NCBI GenBank assembly: GCA_963765125.1
Contig: CAVXUZ010000004.1
Location: forward strand, 192,792 to 256,791
DNA: 64,000 bases
Reading direction: 5' to 3'
DNA from: an uncultured candidate division WWE3 bacterium
GTDB taxonomy: Bacteria; Patescibacteriota; WWE3; UBA101185; UBA10185
Shown: one piece after another, positions 58,459 to 64,000 of the stretch
Layout: each line of letters starts with the position of its first letter
How positions within the stretch are numbered: position 1 is the first letter of the stretch
Made by a program: the position numbers and the translations under genes
The notes under the pieces: generated by a model
Database searches by the model: none
What the model was told of the DNA's origin: nothing
What the model saw: only the letters and a program-made list of their open reading frames with translations

Positions 58459-60043
58459 AGTTATTTAACCAAAGTGAATAATCAACGCCATCGACTATTC
58501 CATTTCCATTAAAATCTCCGTCCGAGGCTTTTCCGGTTACATTTTTATTATAGTTAGAGAACCAAGCATTGTAGTCAGTTTCGTTCACCGCGTTGTCGTT
58601 GTTGCTATCACCTATTTTAGGGGTAACTACTATAGGAGGTACTGTGGGGTCAGTCGACGATGGGCTGCCTTGATATTCAAAGGCGCCCAAGTCAGGTGCT
58701 GCGCCGCCGTAGGGCACACTTTTATTGTCAAAATCACTTGCCCAATTAAGATTTAAACCTTTGTTTATCGCCGGGCTTGTTGATTGAAGATGAAAATCTT
58801 TTGTACCTAGATTTGTAAAAAGAGGATCTTTACTGGTAATTTCTGAGCTGTTGGCGAATGAACTGCTCATAGTTGCACTGCCAATCATATAGTAAAGATT
58901 ATTTGAGTGTGTAAATCCAAGTTGATTTGATGAGCCAAAATTCACCGCAGAGTAAAGAATATTATTTTTAAACGAAATTGCTTGTGGTGTTGCCGGGCAC
59001 CATATCCAAAATATTTGTTTACCAGAGTTTGTTGGCTCAACAATTGTATTGTTTTCAATTCGCATATTATTTACCTTTGCCGCAAAACCAGAGGTGCATG
59101 AAGTTGCATCGTATAAATGAACGCTAACAAATTTTCTATTGTTGTAAGAAACGTTGTAGGCAATAGTATTGTTATCCATCGTTTGTGGTCCGCGGCTTCC
59201 AACCTCAATAAACCCATCGTTACCCTCTCCATAGTTATGGTGAATGTAGTTACCGCTAACGCTGTTTGATGTACTATAAAACTCGATTGTACCACCGTCA
59301 AAGCCGTAATCGTAACTCGCTGCTTTGGCGTTAACAATTCTATTGTACGAAATTTCATTATTGTTGTTTCTAATGATAATACCTGTTGCACCCCAGTCGT
59401 CGTCTCCGCCAACTGTGTTAACAACCATTTTTAAATCATGAAAATGATTGTTGGTAATTAGATTGTCTGTGCCCCTAATCTCTACACCTTGGCCAGATGC
59501 AAACGCCTCTACATCTCTAACAGTATTGTGATGCGAACCGGCGTCAATATAAACTGCAGCCAAAACCGCGTCTTTGAGAGCTAAGTTTTCAACAATGACG
59601 TACGCTGATGATGGAGTAAGAGAGACAGCTTTACAGCTCCATAGACTAGATTGAGCACAGCTAGAGTAACTAATTACAGGTTTAGCGTTTGAGTCTGGTC
59701 CATACGCGCCGTAGGTGATTGGGTTAGTTTGTGTGCCGGACTTTGTTATATTGATTTGGCCGGTCCAAGAGTCGCCTCGTTTAAATAAAATCTTATCTCC
59801 GGGTTGAAAAGCAAACCCGTTAATTTTTGTGAGTGACGCCCAAGAATTAGTTTCAGTAGTGCCAGAGTTGGCGTCATTACCTGAATTAGAGACGAAATAA
59901 CTCGCAGCGAAGGATTTGCCGTGTGTAAGGCACAGAAAAGAAATAAGAGTGGTACAAAAGAGTAAACTCTTCAGTTTGTACATCCTATAAAAAGTATAGT
60001 ACAAAAGAAATGTCAATTCAAATGTACTGCTGGTTGCAGGCAT
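58448..60043 (-). CDS. right-handed beta-helix (pectate-lyase-fold) protein with C-terminal dockerin-like repeats
   Basis: Signal peptide and repetitive N/G-rich beta-helix rungs (NNHFHD, IIRNNNNEISYNRIVN). The C-terminal DSNNDNAVNETDY...DFNGNGIVDGVDY looks like two Ca-binding dockerin-type repeats. Confidence 0.5.
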   Translation of the reverse strand: MPATSSTFELTFLLYYTFYRMYKLKSLLFCTTLISFLCLTHGKSFAASYFVSNSGNDANSGTTETNSWASLTKINGFAFQPGDKILFKRGDSWTGQINITKSGTQTNPITYGAYGPDSNAKPVISYSSCAQSSLWSCKAVSLTPSSAYVIVENLALKDAVLAAVYIDAGSHHNTVRDVEAFASGQGVEIRGTDNLITNNHFHDLKMVVNTVGGDDDWGATGIIIRNNNNEISYNRIVNAKAASYDYGFDGGTIEFYSTSNSVSGNYIHHNYGEGNDGFIEVGSRGPQTMDNNTIAYNVSYNNRKFVSVHLYDATSCTSGFAAKVNNMRIENNTIVEPTNSGKQIFWIWCPATPQAISFKNNILYSAVNFGSSNQLGFTHSNNLYYMIGSATMSSSFANSSEITSKDPLFTNLGTKDFHLQSTSPAINKGLNLNWASDFDNKSVPYGGAAPDLGAFEYQGSPSSTDPTVPPIVVTPKIGDSNNDNAVNETDYNAWFSNYNKNVTGKASDGDFNGNGIVDGVDYSLWLNNYGK

Positions 60044-60068
60044 GAGCTATAATCACCAAACCATCAAT

Positions 60069-60097
60069 TTGACATATACCCCTAGGGGGTATACATT
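60069..60097 (+). promoter_or_regulatory. promoter with embedded CsoR-type operator
   Basis: TTGACA (60069-60074), then the perfect palindrome ATACCCCTAGGGGGTAT (60076-60092) in the spacer, then the -10-like TACATT. It ends 12 nt before the csoR ATG and resembles the B. subtilis CsoR operator ATACCCTACGGGGGTAT. Confidence 0.5.
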
Positions 60098-60104
60098 AAA
60101 CTAC

Positions 60105-60383
60105 ATGAAATCACACTACGAAAGTGTTAAAGTTTCTGCAAAAAAAAGAATAAATATTATTAAAGGTCAGCTAGATGGATTACAAAAAATGATTGATGGT
60201 GATGTTTACTGTGTTGACCTACTAAACCAAAGTTTAGCAATTCAGAACTCACTTAGAAGTTTAGACGCAGTTATTTTTGAACGACATCTTACAACCCACG
60301 TTTCTCACCAATTTAAGAATGAAAAAGAGAAGGCAATTAAGGAGCTCGTATATCTTTTTAAAAGAGCAAACAAAAAACTTTAA
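60105..60383 (+). CDS. csoR: CsoR/RcnR-family metal-sensing repressor
   Basis: GQLDGLQKMIDGDVYCVDLLNQSLAIQNSLRSL...ERHLTTHVSH matches the CsoR pattern with the Cys/His ligands. The ATG at 60105 is preferred over the track start at 60042, because the track ORF would include the operator. Confidence 0.75.
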   Translation: MKSHYESVKVSAKKRINIIKGQLDGLQKMIDGDVYCVDLLNQSLAIQNSLRSLDAVIFERHLTTHVSHQFKNEKEKAIKELVYLFKRANKKL

Positions 60384-60389
60384 AAATGT

Positions 60390-62615
60390 ATGGTAACTAA
60401 AGATTTTCAGATTGAGGGTATGCACTGTGCGAGTTGCAGCGAGATTATTAGCAAGAGGCTTAATAAGCTGCCCGGTGTTTCCTCGATTAATGTAAATTTT
60501 GCAACAGAAAAAGCTGAAGTAAGTTACGATCCCGATATAGTTTCTACGAAGGAGATGAACAGCAACATTAAGAAGTTAGGGTATTCGCTTGTCGAAGAAT
60601 CAGACGGAACAGGTAATCAATCATCTGGCGTAAAAAATCTACAAAACAAACTCTATTTTTCACTACCAATTACCATAATTACCTTTTTCTTAATGATGTG
60701 GGATATAGTATCGAAAACTCTTTCTTTTGTTTCAGAGCCGCCATTTCCAATGATTTATACCAATTACATAATGTTTGTTCTTGCCGCCATTACAATGTTT
60801 TGGGTTGGTAAGGTTTTTCTGAGTGGTATAGCAAGATTTATAATGCACGGCGTTGCTAACATGGACACCTTAGTAGGTATAGGTACTTTAACCGCATTTA
60901 TCTACAGCAGTATTGTTCTTTTGTTCCCGTCTGTAAGAGACGCATTAAAATTACCTGATTTTATGTATTTCGATGTTACGATAGTCGTTATCGGCTTTGT
61001 AACTTTGGGCAAATATTTAGAAGCTAGTTCTAAGGTAAGAACGGGCGAGGCAATAAAAAAACTACTTGGACTCCAAGCTAAGACCGCAATTGTTATTAGA
61101 AACAATCTTGAGTTTGAAATTCCTGTTTCAGAAGTTTTGGTTGGTGATGTTGTATTGGTAAAAGCAGGAACTAAAATTCCTGTGGACGGAACAATCTTTG
61201 AGGGAAGCACATCGGTTGATGAATCTATGATTACCGGTGAACCCATCCCACAAGATAAACATGTGGGTGACGTTGTAATTGGTGGAACGATTAATAAACA
61301 AGGAACAATCACAATCAGAGCAACAAAAGTGGGAGCGGACACAGTGCTGTTTCAAATCGTAGGGATGGTTGAAAAAGCACAAAATTCAAAAACAAAAATT
61401 CAAGCACTCGCCGATAGAATTTCCGCTGTATTTGTTCCCGTTGTATTAATAATTGCATTTACCACCCTAGTATTGTGGTTATCAGTTGGCGCATATTTTC
61501 TCGGATTTTCACAAGCTTTATCGTTTGGCCTACTTTCATTTGTGGGTGTGCTGGTTATTGCTTGTCCCTGCGCGCTTGGGCTAGCTACGCCGACTGCGGT
61601 GATAGTAGGGGTTGGAAAAGGTGCAGAAAATGGAATACTAATAAAAAATGCTGAAAGTCTTGAAAAACTTTATAAGGTTGACACAGTAGTTTTTGATAAA
61701 ACAGGAACAATAACTTATGGAACACCGAGTGTAGTAAATATTACGAGCCTTTCACCCGAGATTGAAAATAATAAAATCCTTCAACTAGCCGCAAGTGTTG
61801 AAAAATATTCACAGCACCCACTTGCATTGGCAATTATTAACAAAGCTAAAGAGCTATCATTAGAAAATCTTAAAGTTGAAGATTTTAAAGAGACAGAGGG
61901 AATTGGTGTAGAGGCAACAATTCAAAATGAAAAAATTGTAATAAGAAAATCTCTAGGGGAAGAACGAAATATTGTACAAGTTCAATCAATGGAGTCAGAA
62001 GGAAAAACAGTGATAATGGTTGAAATAGACAAAAAGGTTGCTGGAGTTTTAGCAATCAGCGACCTTGTAAAAGAAAACGCAGGTATTACTATTTCTAAAT
62101 TGCATAAACTTGGTTTACAGACTGTAATGCTGTCTGGTGATAATGAGAGGGCTGCAAATTACATTGCAAAAGCAGTTGGTATAGATAAAGTAATTGCTGA
62201 AGTTATGCCACAAGACAAAGCAATCACTATTCAAAATCTTCAAAAAGAAGGAAGAATCATTGCGATGGTAGGTGACGGAATTAATGATGCTCCCGCCTTA
62301 ACTCAGGCTGACGTTGGTATTGCTATGGCAACCGGAACTGATATTGCTATTGAGTCGTCTGACATAACTTTATTGCTGGGAGATATTAGTAAAATACCGC
62401 AAGCAATTAAACTGTCGCGTTCCACAATTAGAACTATAAAGCAGAATTTATTTTGGGCATTTATCTATAATGTTATTGGAATTCCACTAGCAGCAGGATT
62501 GTTATACCCATTGTGGGGAATATTTCTTAATCCAATATTTGCAGGGTTATCAATGGCATTATCATCCGTCTCTGTTGTTAGTAATTCGTTGTTATTAAAA
62601 AAGGTGAAATTATAA
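60390..62615 (+). CDS. copA: copper-translocating P1B-type ATPase CopA
   Basis: N-terminal HMA domain (GMHCASC), CPC in TM6 (ACPCALGLATP), DKTGT, GDGINDAP and the MVGDGINDAPAL hinge. Confidence 0.95.
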   Translation: MVTKDFQIEGMHCASCSEIISKRLNKLPGVSSINVNFATEKAEVSYDPDIVSTKEMNSNIKKLGYSLVEESDGTGNQSSGVKNLQNKLYFSLPITIITFFLMMWDIVSKTLSFVSEPPFPMIYTNYIMFVLAAITMFWVGKVFLSGIARFIMHGVANMDTLVGIGTLTAFIYSSIVLLFPSVRDALKLPDFMYFDVTIVVIGFVTLGKYLEASSKVRTGEAIKKLLGLQAKTAIVIRNNLEFEIPVSEVLVGDVVLVKAGTKIPVDGTIFEGSTSVDESMITGEPIPQDKHVGDVVIGGTINKQGTITIRATKVGADTVLFQIVGMVEKAQNSKTKIQALADRISAVFVPVVLIIAFTTLVLWLSVGAYFLGFSQALSFGLLSFVGVLVIACPCALGLATPTAVIVGVGKGAENGILIKNAESLEKLYKVDTVVFDKTGTITYGTPSVVNITSLSPEIENNKILQLAASVEKYSQHPLALAIINKAKELSLENLKVEDFKETEGIGVEATIQNEKIVIRKSLGEERNIVQVQSMESEGKTVIMVEIDKKVAGVLAISDLVKENAGITISKLHKLGLQTVMLSGDNERAANYIAKAVGIDKVIAEVMPQDKAITIQNLQKEGRIIAMVGDGINDAPALTQADVGIAMATGTDIAIESSDITLLLGDISKIPQAIKLSRSTIRTIKQNLFWAFIYNVIGIPLAAGLLYPLWGIFLNPIFAGLSMALSSVSVVSNSLLLKKVKL

Positions 62616-62618
62616 AAT

Positions 62619-63620
62619 ATGAATTTGTTTGCAATATTTTTAACAGGACTTACAGTTGGTGGTTTATCGTGTTTAGCGGTTCAAGGTGGACTTTTAGCTT
62701 CAGTCATATCTGTGAGAAAAAAAGAAGACGAGAAGGTAAGTAATAAATGGTTTAACCTTTTTGCGACTGGCTCATTTTTAATTGCTAAACTTGTCGCCTA
62801 CACTATCCTAGGAATATTACTCGGAGCTTTTGGAAGTAGCATAAGCATAAGTAATAATGTTCAAACTACTATGCAGCTAGTCGCAGGTATATATATGCTA
62901 GCCGTTGCTTTAAATCTATTAAATGCACATCCAATTTTTAGATATGCAATTATTCAGCCACCCAGATTTTTAACAAAGCTAATTAAGAACCAATCACACT
63001 CAAAAGAATTTTTTGCACCCGCTGTTCTCGGCGCGATGACAATATTTATACCCTGTGGAACTACTTTAGCTATGGAGGCACTAGCCATCAGTAGCGCGAG
63101 CGCCGTGTCGGGCGGTTTACTTATGGCTGTTTTCATTTTAGGAACAGTTCCGCTATTTATTGGAATGGGTGTTTTGACGTCTGTTTTAGGAGAAAGTTTT
63201 AAAAATAAATTTTTCAAAGTAGCTGCGCTTCTTCTTATTTACATTGGTTTGGTTTCTATCCACGGTGGCCTTGTTGCTTTAGGCGTTTCGACACCCTTTT
63301 TAGATATTGCTAGCAAACAACCAGTTTCTGAAAATAGGATTGGTGATGTGCCAGTAAGTCAAAATGTTGTAATTGAGATAATGTCGCAAGGGTATTCTCC
63401 GGACTATATTAAAGTCAAAAGCGGCCAACCAGTCACCCTGAAAGTAATTAACAAAGACTCGTACAGTTGTGCGGCAGCTTTTAGAATCCCATCATTAGGA
63501 GTCAGTTTTAATCTACGACCAACACAAGAAGAGATTGTAACATTTACACCTCAGAAAAAAGGGAAAATTCCATTTTCATGTTCAATGGGAATGTACCGAG
63601 GAGTAATAGAAGTCATATGA
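62619..63620 (+). CDS. membrane protein with C-terminal cupredoxin-like domain (putative copper-binding), N-terminal TM domain with two conserved Cys
   Basis: 333 aa. TM region with GGLSCLAVQGG and IFIPCGTT. The C-terminal ~90 aa form a beta-rich domain (VVIEIMSQGYSPDYIKVKSGQPVTLKVINKD...CSMGMYRGVIEV) with a Cys/Met/His-type ligand pattern. Confidence 0.45.
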   Translation: MNLFAIFLTGLTVGGLSCLAVQGGLLASVISVRKKEDEKVSNKWFNLFATGSFLIAKLVAYTILGILLGAFGSSISISNNVQTTMQLVAGIYMLAVALNLLNAHPIFRYAIIQPPRFLTKLIKNQSHSKEFFAPAVLGAMTIFIPCGTTLAMEALAISSASAVSGGLLMAVFILGTVPLFIGMGVLTSVLGESFKNKFFKVAALLLIYIGLVSIHGGLVALGVSTPFLDIASKQPVSENRIGDVPVSQNVVIEIMSQGYSPDYIKVKSGQPVTLKVINKDSYSCAAAFRIPSLGVSFNLRPTQEEIVTFTPQKKGKIPFSCSMGMYRGVIEVI

Positions 63621-63838
63621 GTAAAATTGTAAAAACAAAATTAAATATCACAGGAATGCACTGCAGTTCTTGCGCGATGAATATTGATTTTGAATTAGAA
63701 GAGTTAGCTGGGGTTATATCAACGAAAACTAACTGTGCAAAACAAAAATTGGAATTAGAGTTTGATCACGAAAAAGTAGATATACAAACTATTACTAAAA
63801 AGATAGAAGAACTAGGTTATGGAGCTAAGGAAATATAA
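63617..63838 (+). CDS. copZ: copper chaperone CopZ (HMA domain)
   Basis: MSKIVKTKLNITGMHCSSCAMNI (MxCxxC). Start overlaps the upstream stop (ATGA). The track ORF at 63578 is in the same frame but runs upstream. Confidence 0.8.
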   Translation: MSKIVKTKLNITGMHCSSCAMNIDFELEELAGVISTKTNCAKQKLELEFDHEKVDIQTITKKIEELGYGAKEI

Positions 63839-64000
63839 AAATGGCCTAGGAGATTTATTATCTGCACTAGGCCAAGTATTAAGGTGTGAATTAGATTACA
63901 GCAGTACGTATCCCGGTATGCCCACCCCGCTGATTGCTATCGACACATTAGCTGGAACTTCAATTACTTTAGTGCGGCAGCTAAGGTCATTTCTAACATA

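Noticed and set aside
1-64000. Alternative genetic code (UGA recoding, as in some CPR lineages)
   Set aside because: Long conserved ORFs (rpoD, copA, pgi, dnaG pieces) terminate cleanly at TAA/TAG/TGA with standard-code translations intact. Nothing suggests read-through of TGA.
1-64000. CRISPR arrays, rRNA genes, IS/transposase or integrase genes
   Set aside because: No repeat-spacer arrays, no rRNA-like conserved stretches, and no ORF with recombinase, transposase or Walker-type ATPase signatures were seen. The only mobile-element-like signal is the small tRNA-3'-end element family.

Overview
AT-rich, densely packed bacterial window (roughly 35-40% GC by eye). It reads as a standard genetic code because long ORFs close on TAA, TAG and TGA. 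By inference only, the gene content suggests a reduced-genome, possibly CPR/Patescibacteria-like organism: many tiny membrane proteins, competence ComF, T4SS-type pilin-like genes and decayed two-component genes.

Layout, left to right:
1. A cell-envelope block: a bPH-domain membrane protein and a SpoIID/LytB-like lipoprotein.
2. A cluster of four tandem two-TM pilin-like genes (reminiscent of CPR/Gram-positive TrbC/VirB2-like T4SS pilins). Next to it sit a 1185-aa membrane protein with a C-terminal HExxH zincin-like domain, a polytopic VirB6-like membrane protein and a 1314-aa Cys-rich secreted protein with a possible lytic-transglycosylase-like C-terminus. No VirB4/VirD4 ATPase lies in the window.
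3. smpB followed by tmRNA (ssrA).
4. A truncated histidine-kinase fragment, two divergent FkbM methyltransferases, comF, DUF1653, a Nudix gene, a frameshifted CheY-like receiver, a CPA2 antiporter, mscL and a 2H phosphoesterase.
5. dnaG (split in three by two frameshifts) and rpoD.
6. GT-C membrane glycosyltransferases, a ManC-like guanylyltransferase, pgi, an Arm/Rmt/Kgm-like 16S rRNA methyltransferase, an S1 protease, YbaK, GH5-like and GH1 hydrolases, an S41 peptidase, DUF192, an MOP flippase, a GT4, an SRAP/YedK protein, a second Nudix, an LRR protein, a beta-helix protein with a dockerin, and a csoR-copA-(membrane cupredoxin)-copZ copper operon with a perfect CsoR-type palindromic operator.

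Five tRNAs are present (Ser-GCT, Arg-GCG, Ala-CGC, Ser-CGA, Ser-GGA) plus tmRNA.

The most unusual signal: tmRNA and three of the tRNAs (Arg, Ser-CGA, Ser-GGA) are each followed within about 150 nt by a small element that ends in an exact 15-21-nt copy of the host gene's T-loop/acceptor/CCA 3' end. Three of the four (not Ser-CGA) share a conserved GC-rich core (GGGGTCGACRGGCG...CAGCAG...GCGAAC.GGTGACC), and each carries an upstream antisense segment that co-varies with that T-loop. A fifth stand-alone hairpin with a tRNA-like 3' end may be related.

Caveat: at least four frameshifts interrupt conserved genes (dnaG twice, the receiver domain, a small membrane paralog), so assembly indel errors are a real possibility.
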